A stretch of 64,000 nucleotides of DNA from Clostridium sp. GTDB taxonomy: Bacteria; Bacillota; Clostridia; Clostridiales; Clostridiaceae. Position 1 is the stretch's first letter; every line of letters starts with the position of its first letter. The stretch is from contig NZ_JBOITN010000045.1 of NCBI RefSeq assembly GCF_050717545.1, positions 3,561-67,560 on the forward strand. Reading direction: 5' to 3'. The notes beneath the pieces are model-generated. The model had not been told where the DNA came from. It saw nothing but the letters and a program-made list of their open reading frames with translations, and searched no databases. Position numbers and translations under genes: made by a program. Shown piece after piece: positions 21,323 to 30,391 of the stretch.

Positions 21323-22657
21323 TTATTTGACTAAAGTTTTATTTTCATCTACTTCATAATTTTCTTCTTGATCGCAGTATGTTTTATCTACAGTCGATAT
21401 AAACGGAAGATAAATAAATACTGATATTACGATTTCTACAGTTTGTAGAATTGCACCTCTTAGACCTGAAATCAGATAACCACCTATTATCGGAGGTGTA
21501 GTCCATGGAATTATAACTCCATTAGGTCTTGGTACAATTCCCGTTTTTATAGATACATAAGTTATAACTGCCAAAATCAATGGTGTTAATATAAATGGTA
21601 TAAGCATAATAGGATTTAAAACTATAGGTAGTCCAAATATTATAGGTTCATTTATGCCAAATATTCCTGGAAGTATTGCAAGTTTACCAATCTTTTTACA
21701 TTGCTGTGATTTACATTTAAATAACAATAAAAGACATAATCCGAGTGTTGCACCTCCACCACCAATCCACAAATAAATCGTGTTAAATTGTTGAGTAATT
21801 ATATGAGGAAGTGCAAGTCCTGCTTGAAAAGCAGTAAGATTTTCTCCAGACAAAGCTATCCAAATTGGGCTCATAACAGATTGTACAACATCTCCACCTG
21901 ATATACCAAATGACCAAAACAAACCTATGAAGAAGTTAGCAACTAATGTAGCCCCCAGGCTATCTCCAAGTGATGTCAATGGAAGTTGAAGCACAGTGAA
22001 AATAAAATTATGAATAGTTTCGTAACTGGTGAATGTAAACATTAATCTTATAATGCTAAAAACAATTAATGCAATAGTAGCTGGTATTAATGATGAAAAT
22101 GACTTTGCAACTGTAGGTGGAACACCTTCGGGCATTTTGATTACCCAGCCTTTTTTAATAACAAACCTTACTATCTCTGTTGCAAGTATTGCTGAAATCA
22201 TACCAACGAATAACCCCTTAGAACTTAACCATTCCATTGGGATAACTCCTGTAACTTTGATAGCTACATCGGATCCTTCTGGTATAAAATTAGTAGAAAA
22301 CGGTGTTAATATAAGAAATCCTGTAAGAGAAATAACTGCTGTACTAATTCCTTCTATATTGTAATGTTTGGATAAACTATTTGATATTCCCATTACTACA
22401 AACACCGTCATTATAGCCATAGTTGCATGATATGGTACCATGAAAAAGTCTTGCCAACTAGCTCCAAATATTTTAGCCATAAAACCTTCATATCCAGTTA
22501 TCGGTAAATACGCAAGTAATAAAGTCATTGCGCCAATAATGAGTAGTGGCATAGCTAGCATAAAACCATCACGTATAGCAAGTAAATATTTATTAGTAGC
22601 TAATTTCTCTGCTACTGGCATTAACTTATCTTCAATAGAATCCATAATTTTACTCAT
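21323..22657 (-). CDS. PTS lactose/cellobiose-family EIIC
   Basis: 444-aa polytopic protein with a CelB-type N-terminus (MPVAEKLATNKYLLAIRDGF). Confidence 0.9.
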   Translation of the reverse strand: MSKIMDSIEDKLMPVAEKLATNKYLLAIRDGFMLAMPLLIIGAMTLLLAYLPITGYEGFMAKIFGASWQDFFMVPYHATMAIMTVFVVMGISNSLSKHYNIEGISTAVISLTGFLILTPFSTNFIPEGSDVAIKVTGVIPMEWLSSKGLFVGMISAILATEIVRFVIKKGWVIKMPEGVPPTVAKSFSSLIPATIALIVFSIIRLMFTFTSYETIHNFIFTVLQLPLTSLGDSLGATLVANFFIGLFWSFGISGGDVVQSVMSPIWIALSGENLTAFQAGLALPHIITQQFNTIYLWIGGGGATLGLCLLLLFKCKSQQCKKIGKLAILPGIFGINEPIIFGLPIVLNPIMLIPFILTPLILAVITYVSIKTGIVPRPNGVIIPWTTPPIIGGYLISGLRGAILQTVEIVISVFIYLPFISTVDKTYCDQEENYEVDENKTLVK

Positions 22658-22682
22658 AATAATCCCCCTTTATATAATTAAA

Positions 22683-22988
22683 TTACTCCATCATTTTTAG
22701 AGCTTGATTTAATACTTTCTCTCCATCCATCATTCCATAATCCATAGTATTTATTACACTTATTGGTACACCTTTTTCATCACATATTTTTTTAAGTTTT
22801 TTAAGTAAATATTTAATTTGTGGTCCTATAAGCACAGCATCAATACCCTCAACTTCTTTTTCCATAGTAGCTTCAGGAAAAGCTTCAATAGATACTTCTA
22901 TTCCTTTAGCAGTTGCTGCCTTTTGCATTTTTGTAACAAGAAGACTTGTTGACATTCCAGCGGAACAAAACAAAGCAATTTTTTTCAT
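22683..22988 (-). CDS. PTS lactose/cellobiose-family EIIB
   Basis: 101 aa with the active-site region KIALFCSAGMSTSLLV. Confidence 0.9.
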   Translation of the reverse strand: MKKIALFCSAGMSTSLLVTKMQKAATAKGIEVSIEAFPEATMEKEVEGIDAVLIGPQIKYLLKKLKKICDEKGVPISVINTMDYGMMDGEKVLNQALKMME

Positions 22989-23100
22989 TATTTTACCTCC
23001 ATGTTTTTTTAAATTATGATTTTATTATAAAATTTTTTCTATCTTTTATTTTCAATATAATATAATTCCATTTAAAGATAGTGAAATTAGCTTGACTTAA

Positions 23101-23631
23101 TTATTCCATAAGAAAATACCCTTCTTCTTTCGAAGTACCTATGGGCTCCCCTTTTGCTAGTTTAATGGCAAAAGCTGAAATTGTTCTTAAAGATTTATTT
23201 AGCCCGATGCCACCTTTATTAGGTGTTTCTATAATGCGAAGCTTCTTTCTAAAAGCCTCAGTACCTGTACTGTCTTTTGCCATAGCTGCAAAAGCTGGAA
23301 TATTGAGTTTTTCTTTGATGCTTAGAGCAAGCTCTCCACAACACTCTCCATATCTTTTGTAGTTTAATGCGGGTCCACAAATTACTACATCAGCATTAAA
23401 TTTCTTTATCATCTCGGTAATTTCTTCTATAGCTTTTTCCTTATTCTCTAGAAAATAATTATCTCCACATATTATGGTACCAACAATATCTCCACCATTT
23501 TTCATAGATATAGTTTTTAGTAACATTCCCATACCTACTGCTCCATTTTGAGATTGTGGCTGTATATCCATTCTTTCGTCACCACCAAGTCCTGCTTGTA
23601 CTTGATTGAGGAATTGCACCATTCGTATCAT
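23101..23631 (-). CDS. Stand-alone GrdB N-terminal-domain protein (glycine/sarcosine/betaine reductase component B-like, no selenocysteine half)
   Basis: VQFLNQVQAGLGGDE..., ICGDNYFLENKEKA..., ICGPALNYKRYG... and KLAKGEPIGTSKEEGY follow the N-terminal half of GrdB. Only 176 aa. Confidence 0.6.
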   Translation of the reverse strand: MIRMVQFLNQVQAGLGGDERMDIQPQSQNGAVGMGMLLKTISMKNGGDIVGTIICGDNYFLENKEKAIEEITEMIKKFNADVVICGPALNYKRYGECCGELALSIKEKLNIPAFAAMAKDSTGTEAFRKKLRIIETPNKGGIGLNKSLRTISAFAIKLAKGEPIGTSKEEGYFLME

Positions 23632-23645
23632 CTATTTTCAGCTCC

Positions 23646-24008
23646 TTACTTTTTATTTAGTTTTTCTTTTAATTCATTTATTTCCTTTTGCATATGTATC
23701 ATATTTTTAATTAAATCCTTTGTTAAGAGTGTACTCATTAAATGATCTTGCGCATGAACCATTAAAAGAGTAATCTCCGCACTAATCCCTTGAGCTTCCT
23801 TTTGAATAAGTCCTGTTTGTACACTATGAGCTTCAAGAATAGTTTTATCTGCTTGTTTTAAGCTTTCCTCAGCCTTTTCATATTCTCCATTCATAACTAA
23901 CTCAAAAGCTTCGTACAAGTTACTCCTGGCATCTCCTGAAAAACTTATCAATTTGAATATTATTTGTTCATTAACTTCTTGTGCATTTTCATCTGACATC
24001 ATAATCAT
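23646..24008 (-). CDS. PTS lactose/cellobiose-family EIIA
   Basis: Three-helix-bundle EIIA pattern (GDARS...HAQDHLM with the phosphorylatable His). The real start is probably the third or fourth ATG (24002 or 23999), given GGAAGGA placement. Confidence 0.85.
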   Translation of the reverse strand: MIMMSDENAQEVNEQIIFKLISFSGDARSNLYEAFELVMNGEYEKAEESLKQADKTILEAHSVQTGLIQKEAQGISAEITLLMVHAQDHLMSTLLTKDLIKNMIHMQKEINELKEKLNKK

Positions 24009-24074
24009 TCCTTCCCTGTCCTTATATTTTTTAAATTTTAAGAGAATACTTTTTATTACTTACATTTATAATAA

Positions 24075-24089
24075 GCAATAATCATGCCA
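24075..24089 (-). promoter_or_regulatory. Sigma-54 (-24/-12) promoter of the PTS operon
   Basis: The minus strand reads TGGCATGATTATTGC. GG and GC sit at the canonical spacing of TGGCACG-N4-TTGC, with one mismatch. It lies 67 nt upstream of the EIIA ORF. Confidence 0.8.
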
Positions 24090-24163
24090 CTATTTTTCAA
24101 GTAACCTAACCCCAGTAATCATGCTAGCCTCACTTTACAAAAATATTATTGTATATACAGTTC

Positions 24164-24183
24164 TTATACACATATTATACACA
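24164..24183. promoter_or_regulatory. Candidate upstream activator sequence: two TTATACACA direct repeats 11 bp apart
   Basis: TTATACACA at 24164-24172 and 24175-24183, followed by the palindrome ACACGTGT. It lies 75-95 bp upstream of the -24/-12 element. Confidence 0.4.
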
Positions 24184-24260
24184 CGTGTATGCTAATAATA
24201 TTTTTTATTTATATAGGAAACAGTTTGCTGGTAACTCTGTGGAATAAACTTTAGACGCCA

Positions 24261-24322
24261 AAAAAAGTAAATATTCCGTATAATGCATTCAAGCAAGATT
24301 TATACGGAATATTTACTTTTTT
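24261..24322. terminator. Strong bidirectional terminator separating the activator gene from the PTS promoter
   Basis: 22-bp perfect stem (aaaaaagtaaatattccgtata / tatacggaatatttactttttt) flanked by A- and T-runs. Confidence 0.85.
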
Positions 24323-24352
24323 TCTTTTTTATTGTTTTTTAAAGTAATATTT

Positions 24353-27115
24353 CTATAATTTTATTATATTTTGTAAAATAAAAGCAATTTCATCATCATT
24401 AAAAGTAACTCCATAAAATTTTTCAATATTAAAGAGACCTTCTGTTAAACAATTAAATTCATATTTAAATTTTTCTTTTAATATTTCTTTAGAACTACAT
24501 ACTGGGATTTTCTCTTTTGCTATCATTTTACTTATATTGCATATCATATGAACCATGAGACTAACTGATACATTATATTCTATATTTACATTCATACTAT
24601 TATTAATTATACAAATAAATTCTTTATATAATTCTTCAAATTTGGATAATTCCACATTATGAATATCATTTTGAAGTGATTCAATAAATGTACCATAGCT
24701 AGCCTCTTCAGGAATATTTTTAGAAGTTTTCATATTAGAATCCAAAATGTGTTTAACCTTACTACATTCCTTATCCATGAAAACTTCATATGTAGATATA
24801 TATGGCACTCCATATATTTTAGGATCAATGGTCCCTACAATTGCTAATATATTCTTTTGCTTTGCAAGTTCACCTAAAACATTGTACATATGTTGTTTAT
24901 TATTCCATGCAATAGGAAATACCTTAACCTTATATTCATTTGTATTTATCTTACTTTCTATAAAGTTTTTTAATTTTATAGCACTTCCTTCACCTGTAGT
25001 ACATAAGGTTATAATTATATTATTATCTTTTGGTATAAAACTATCGGAAACCGTTAACTGTGAGGATGAATACTTAGTAATGTCATGTTTTATTTTTTCA
25101 TAAATAACATCTATATCGGCTTCTATTACAGCTCTTCTTGAACATTCAATTGCCACAAGGGTAGACACCATATCTAAAGTTCTAATATCAATGCCTGTGT
25201 CTTTATTAATAAGTTCGCCAAACATGTTAAGCGACCCCATATCAACAAGAAGCATTATACCAGACCCCTGATTTTTCTTTATAATGATATCCTTTAATTT
25301 CTCATAAGCAATTTCAGGACTTATATCAAGGGCCATATCATAAGCATAAACATTATTTGCTTTCACCAATTTATTAACAACATCCGCCATAGAAGATGCA
25401 GTAGCTTTTCCATGCATAGCTATAACTATTATAGGTTTATCATCTAAAGTTTCACTTTCATTTTCCATTTCATCAACAGCAAGGAACATAGTAATAAATC
25501 CAACTTCATCTTCTGGAACTATTACATCATATTTTTCGTCTATAAGCCTCGCAATCTCTTTCGCTATTTCAAATTCTTTAGGATAGTCTCTTTTTATAAT
25601 TAAAAGATTATAATTAATAATCGTTTTATTTTCTTTAATTCTTAATATGCTGCTATTTAAATGCAAACATAACCCATAAAAAACCTTGAGTTTAAAAATT
25701 TTTCTAAGGGTTTTTTCAGCTTTTTTAAGGGAATTTTCTACTAAACTTATAATTTTCTTATCTACTATCTTAGAAAGTTCCTCTTTATTTATTTCTTGCT
25801 CAAAATTGTGAATATAGTTTTTAAAATAATTTTGTATTTCCATTTCCATAATAGTTTTAACTTCGCTATCTTCAGTGCCTCTTTTTCGTAGTTCTTCTAC
25901 TCTTTCTTCTATATTTTTGTAAAAACTATAACTTGCATAGTTATCATCATTACTAGAGAATTTTTCCTTTCCTTTTGATGTAAAAGAAATTATCTCTCCT
26001 TCTTTTATAAGTTTATCTATTTTTTTAGAATAATCTTTATATATAAACAAACCTTGATTTACGTTAGAGTTAAAGTCCGTACAATGAACTTCTACATTTT
26101 TAAGCCTGGTTGATACAGCATTAAGAAAAGCATTTGCGCATCCTAGCTGCACATCACTTTTTAATTGACCTACATTTCCAGGGCATTCATATAGAAGTAG
26201 CTGCCTTATGGTATTTGTAGAAACAGAAATTTCTTTTTTTATTCTAGTTGCTTCAATTTCAAAAAATTCACAAATAATATCAAATCTTTCCTGGAGCGTT
26301 CTCTCATCTAATGAAGGTATTCTTATATTCATTGGTATTCTTCTTGTAAATGTGTTTAAAAGTGTCTCATCAATATTTTCCGTAGTGGCACATATAATAA
26401 GCAATTCACTTTTCCTATTGATTTCTTCACCCAGAGGCGTATATAAATTTTTATCAATTAAATAAAAAAGCATTTCTTGACCATCAGGTGGTAACCTATG
26501 CACTTCATCAAGAAACAGAATTCCTCCGTCTGCTTTTGAAACTAGCCCTTCCCTATCTTTATCTGCTCCTGTAAATGCACCTTTTTTGCATCCGAAAAGA
26601 TGGGCTAGAAGTAGCTGCGAATTATTTGCATAATCTGCGCAATTAAATACCTCGAAAGGAGCACTTACATCAAATGTATTGCTTTCTATTGCAAACTTGT
26701 GCATTAGCTCTGCAAACATTGTTTTGCCAACTCCACTTGGACCAACTATAATAGTGTGAAGCCCATTAGGTGGATATAACACTGCTGCCTTTGCCTGTTG
26801 TACACATTTTTTTAAACTTCTATCACTTCCAAAAATAGTATCAAGGCTTGTTTTATGAATATTAGCCGTTGTATATTCTCTTTTAACTTCATTAAGTTTA
26901 TATAAAACCGGCTTATGCTTTATTTTAATCAATATGTCTTCTTTATATAAATCATTAAGAATTAAACTAACATTGCTTCTTTGCAATTTTAATTTTTGTG
27001 AGATTTCTTCTGTATAAACGCCTTTGCTACCTTTTTTATTTTCCTGTTTTATTAGTTCTAATATTTGTTCTCTATTATTCATATTGTTTGCTTTATACTC
27101 TTCTTTAGTAACCAT
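24353..27115 (-). CDS. Sigma-54-dependent LevR/CelR-type activator (HTH, AAA+, PRD, EIIB-Gat-like, PRD, EIIA-Man-like)
   Basis: Walker A GPSGVGKT, sigma-54 contact loop GAFTGA, LFLDEVHRL, then PRD/EII-like regions. About 920 aa. The ATG at 27115 follows AGGTGG by 5 nt; the listed start at 27124 is a GTG within the RBS. Confidence 0.85.
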   Translation of the reverse strand: MVTKEEYKANNMNNREQILELIKQENKKGSKGVYTEEISQKLKLQRSNVSLILNDLYKEDILIKIKHKPVLYKLNEVKREYTTANIHKTSLDTIFGSDRSLKKCVQQAKAAVLYPPNGLHTIIVGPSGVGKTMFAELMHKFAIESNTFDVSAPFEVFNCADYANNSQLLLAHLFGCKKGAFTGADKDREGLVSKADGGILFLDEVHRLPPDGQEMLFYLIDKNLYTPLGEEINRKSELLIICATTENIDETLLNTFTRRIPMNIRIPSLDERTLQERFDIICEFFEIEATRIKKEISVSTNTIRQLLLYECPGNVGQLKSDVQLGCANAFLNAVSTRLKNVEVHCTDFNSNVNQGLFIYKDYSKKIDKLIKEGEIISFTSKGKEKFSSNDDNYASYSFYKNIEERVEELRKRGTEDSEVKTIMEMEIQNYFKNYIHNFEQEINKEELSKIVDKKIISLVENSLKKAEKTLRKIFKLKVFYGLCLHLNSSILRIKENKTIINYNLLIIKRDYPKEFEIAKEIARLIDEKYDVIVPEDEVGFITMFLAVDEMENESETLDDKPIIVIAMHGKATASSMADVVNKLVKANNVYAYDMALDISPEIAYEKLKDIIIKKNQGSGIMLLVDMGSLNMFGELINKDTGIDIRTLDMVSTLVAIECSRRAVIEADIDVIYEKIKHDITKYSSSQLTVSDSFIPKDNNIIITLCTTGEGSAIKLKNFIESKINTNEYKVKVFPIAWNNKQHMYNVLGELAKQKNILAIVGTIDPKIYGVPYISTYEVFMDKECSKVKHILDSNMKTSKNIPEEASYGTFIESLQNDIHNVELSKFEELYKEFICIINNSMNVNIEYNVSVSLMVHMICNISKMIAKEKIPVCSSKEILKEKFKYEFNCLTEGLFNIEKFYGVTFNDDEIAFILQNIIKL

Positions 27116-27203
27116 ACTATCCACCTACTTATAGATACATTATATCATAATAAATTATTTTGACAATTCTGACATTTGAGATTAACTGTAGGATAAGTTG
27201 TGT

Positions 27204-27908
27204 TTATTTGATTTCTTCCTCATATTTCTTTATCACTTTCATTTCATTATTGACTAACTCTTTTACAGTTATATTCCAAACATTTTTTTCTAAGTTGCCA
27301 ATTCTTTGGATCTCTTTAATAAGAGTAATTTTGTTATTAATATATTTGTACTCATAGTCATAATATGTTGTCGCATCTTCTTTAACATTTGATTTTATTG
27401 ACTTACTCTTAGCATCAAATACAGGAGAAGTAATTTTTTCAAGTTCATTATTTTTTATAAATTTTGATATTTCTTTATCCCATAACCAGTAGTAATATGG
27501 TACATTTCCTGTAGCTGGTAGCAATTGCTGTATTCTAATGTCCTTGTACCCATCAAAATTCATATCTTCAATGACTATACCTAATTGCTCACCATCTGGA
27601 GTACTTGTTTCATTAAATACCAATTCTTGTAATTTATCTTCCTTATCATCTTTATTGTATATTGAAATCTTGCTTGCACTAAATAAACCATCCTTTTTCT
27701 GTCCATATACCTTAAATATGTACTCAGGTAATGATGGATGTATTTTATTCTTTAAAACAATAAAGGGCTCTGTATTTGATTCAAACGCCGCCAGCGTTGT
27801 TTTCTCCGTTGTTTGACTTTTTGAATCTACCCTATTACTGCAACCAACACATAATATTGTTATGAAAACAATTGACATACCAACAGAAATTTTCTTATTT
27901 ATTTTCAC
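27204..27908 (-). CDS. Hypothetical lipoprotein
   Basis: Signal peptide with lipobox LCVGC. GTG start after GGAGAGGAGAG. No recognisable domain. Confidence 0.6.
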   Translation of the reverse strand: MKINKKISVGMSIVFITILCVGCSNRVDSKSQTTEKTTLAAFESNTEPFIVLKNKIHPSLPEYIFKVYGQKKDGLFSASKISIYNKDDKEDKLQELVFNETSTPDGEQLGIVIEDMNFDGYKDIRIQQLLPATGNVPYYYWLWDKEISKFIKNNELEKITSPVFDAKSKSIKSNVKEDATTYYDYEYKYINNKITLIKEIQRIGNLEKNVWNITVKELVNNEMKVIKKYEEEIK

Positions 27909-28013
27909 TTTTAATCTCTCCTCTCCTCAATTTAAATTTAATAAAACACAGTCTTACATATATCACAATATATTACTTTGTCAGAATTAACGTAAGCAAT
28001 TTTTTACAACAAA

Positions 28014-28065
28014 CCCCCTTAACTTCGTTACACTATTTTTAGTTTAGTGTGTATATTAAGGGGGA
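28014..28065 (-). terminator. Terminator after the amino-acid permease gene
   Basis: Outer stem cccccttaa / ttaaggggg plus inner stem acacta / tagtgt. TTTGTTG tail on the minus strand. Confidence 0.6.
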
Positions 28066-28090
28066 CTAGTTTATTAAACTTACTAAGTTA

Positions 28091-29524
28091 TTAGTTATTA
28101 TTAATAATATCCTTTGAAAATATCCTTGTTAAATAAGATATAAATAATCCAAAAATTATAAAGCCTACTGGTCCACCATAAGTCTTTAATATTGGAATTA
28201 TAGCCTGCGAGAAATTCTCTGCTCCTGCAACCTCTCCCCATCCGGATCCGAAAAATGCGAGTATTCCTAATGTGAAAACAACAACAAAGGCAACAATAAC
28301 TGCTGCTTTAGATTTTAACATTACAAATGGAGGTATATTACCTTTTAGCCTAAACATTAAATATGCATATGAAAGGACAATATAAGGTATTGCAAGAGAT
28401 AAAGCTGATAATGTAGTTAATAAATTAAAAAATTTATCTATAGATTCAAGTCCAGCAAGTGGCACTATTATTAATACTAATAACACAATGCATTGAACCC
28501 AAAGAGCATTAACCAATGTTCCATCTTCACGTTTTTTAGTTAAAAATTTAGGAAAAGTCCCCTTTGGAACTTCTGAAAACATAGCTCTTATCGGCGATTC
28601 TAACCAAACTACGAATGCTGCTATAGATGCTATAGTTAAAATAAATGCATATATCTGAACAAATATTTTACCATTTAAACCCCAGTTTTCTGCTAATATC
28701 TTATAGACAACATAACCTGCATCCTTAACGCCAGCTTCATTTATTAATTCTGGTGATGCAATTAAGCATATTGCGAGAGATCCCAATATATAAGCTCCTG
28801 CAACAAATGTAGTTGCTATAATAACAGCTTTTGGGAAAACTTTTTTAGGGTTTTTCACATCCTTAATATAGGTCCCCGCCACTTCAGCACCTGCTACAGC
28901 AAGAATAAGCCATGAGAAAGTCGAAAAATAATCAGCATCAAATTTAGGTATAACTGTTGAAGCCGTGAATGTTGTAGCTGATGGTTGTTTTCCAATTAGT
29001 ACTCCCACAACTGCAAATAAAATAAATATAACTGTAACAGCTAAAGTTAGTTTCCCACCTAAATCACTAATTTTCGAAAATCTCTTAACTCCAGTTGTTG
29101 CTATATATGTTAATGCTACTGCTAGTCCGAGACCTATCCAAGGTAACAAATATGCATTTGCATCGTTAAATCTATTTTCACCAAAAATAGTCCAAGATAT
29201 CATTACTGGAATTCTTGAAAAAACCAATTGCAAATAAAATAAATTAGCAACAAAGTATGACCAAGTACCTATAAATGCCCACTTTGGTCCAATTGAACAT
29301 TCTATCCAATTATATAACCCACCCTCTTTGTCTTTATTAGCAGATGCTAGTTCTGCTATCATTATTGATAAAGGTAAAAAGAATAATAAAGCAACTATAA
29401 GCCATGAAGGAATAGCTGCTGGTCCAAGTGTCACTGCATTTGAAGCAATATTCCCAAATCCAAATGTTGGTACAAATATTAACATTACCAAGGTCCATAG
29501 ACCAAGTTTCTTCGTGTTGTTCAT
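28091..29524 (-). CDS. APC-superfamily amino-acid permease (YjeM/glutamate-GABA antiporter-like)
   Basis: 12-TM-type protein with N-terminus KKLGLWTLVMLIFVPTFGFGNIA. The ATG at 29524 lies behind AAGGAG; the listed extension to 29551 lacks an RBS. Confidence 0.8.
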   Translation of the reverse strand: MNNTKKLGLWTLVMLIFVPTFGFGNIASNAVTLGPAAIPSWLIVALLFFLPLSIMIAELASANKDKEGGLYNWIECSIGPKWAFIGTWSYFVANLFYLQLVFSRIPVMISWTIFGENRFNDANAYLLPWIGLGLAVALTYIATTGVKRFSKISDLGGKLTLAVTVIFILFAVVGVLIGKQPSATTFTASTVIPKFDADYFSTFSWLILAVAGAEVAGTYIKDVKNPKKVFPKAVIIATTFVAGAYILGSLAICLIASPELINEAGVKDAGYVVYKILAENWGLNGKIFVQIYAFILTIASIAAFVVWLESPIRAMFSEVPKGTFPKFLTKKREDGTLVNALWVQCIVLLVLIIVPLAGLESIDKFFNLLTTLSALSLAIPYIVLSYAYLMFRLKGNIPPFVMLKSKAAVIVAFVVVFTLGILAFFGSGWGEVAGAENFSQAIIPILKTYGGPVGFIIFGLFISYLTRIFSKDIINNN

Positions 29525-30039
29525 ATTTTCACTCCTTAGTTTTATGATCACCCTATAGTATTCTATTAAATAGACAAAATTCCTCTAATAAACCCATAAC
29601 TTTCATCTTTAAATTTTTACTGTTATTATAGCTTTATTCACTTTCTTTTATCTTGTGCACAAGTTAGATAATTTAAACATCATTAAATAAGGGCATCTAT
29701 AATAAATTTAGATATAATATATGTTGTATCAATAATAATATATAATAGAGTTAACATTTCTATTGCAGTTATAGTTTTTCTTTATAAAAATGTTTTTAAT
29801 AATTATATTTAAATAAGAGGAGAGATTTTATTGATTACTTATATTACTAGTAAATTACGTGAATTTAACGCCATTGAAAAAGCATTTTCTGTTTTTCAGA
29901 AAGAAAAATTGGTTTTAGTGTAAAAAAACAAAAACACTGCTATTTATATTTTCATTAATTCAATAGGATAATAAATTTCCTTAAAGGGTAAAATATAATC
30001 AGAATAAAATTATTGATTAATGGAAGTGTTTTTTAACAA

Positions 30040-30302
30040 ATGGAGGATGAATGTATAACAACATTTAACATTAAGAAAGAAGAACTCGAAACCCAAACCA
30101 TAAAGATGTTCCAACTAAGGTTATCCGAATACTTCTAGATGAAGAACATATTGAATTCAATAAACACATAGTAAATGTTGAAGATGTAACTATTTATAAA
30201 CAACAGATACAAGATATAAAACATATTGAAGCGACATTAAAGAGGGAGCAACCTATAGTAAAAATCTCAGGTTTCCTAGAACAAAAAAATAACTCAAAAT
30301 AA
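30040..30302 (+). pseudogene. Possible frameshifted DUF2382/YsnF-like stress-protein remnant
   Basis: Frame 1 gives MEDECITTFNIKKEELETQTIK...*. A second frame continues as VIRILLDEEHIEFNKHIVNVEDVTIYKQQIQDIKHIEATLKREQPIV. This resembles the repeated L.EE.L...K..V..G.V.I.K pattern. The frames switch near aaacccaaacc. Confidence 0.3.
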
Positions 30303-30313
30303 ACTACTAACAA

Positions 30314-30341
30314 AAAAGAGCATTATAAAAGATGCTCTTTT
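30314..30341. terminator. Bidirectional terminator
   Basis: 10-bp stem aaaagagcat / atgctctttt with an 8-nt loop and A/T runs on both sides. Confidence 0.65.
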
Positions 30342-30391
30342 TCGTTATGTATTCTCCTTATTTTATAAAGTTTAGTGTTATCTAAGCAATC

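Noticed and set aside
23101-23631. Possibility that the GrdB-like gene is a selenoprotein read through a TGA, or a freshly truncated grdB.
   Set aside because: The ORF ends at TAA. The 112 nt downstream show no coding continuation in any frame and no SECIS-like hairpin, and no other grd genes are present.
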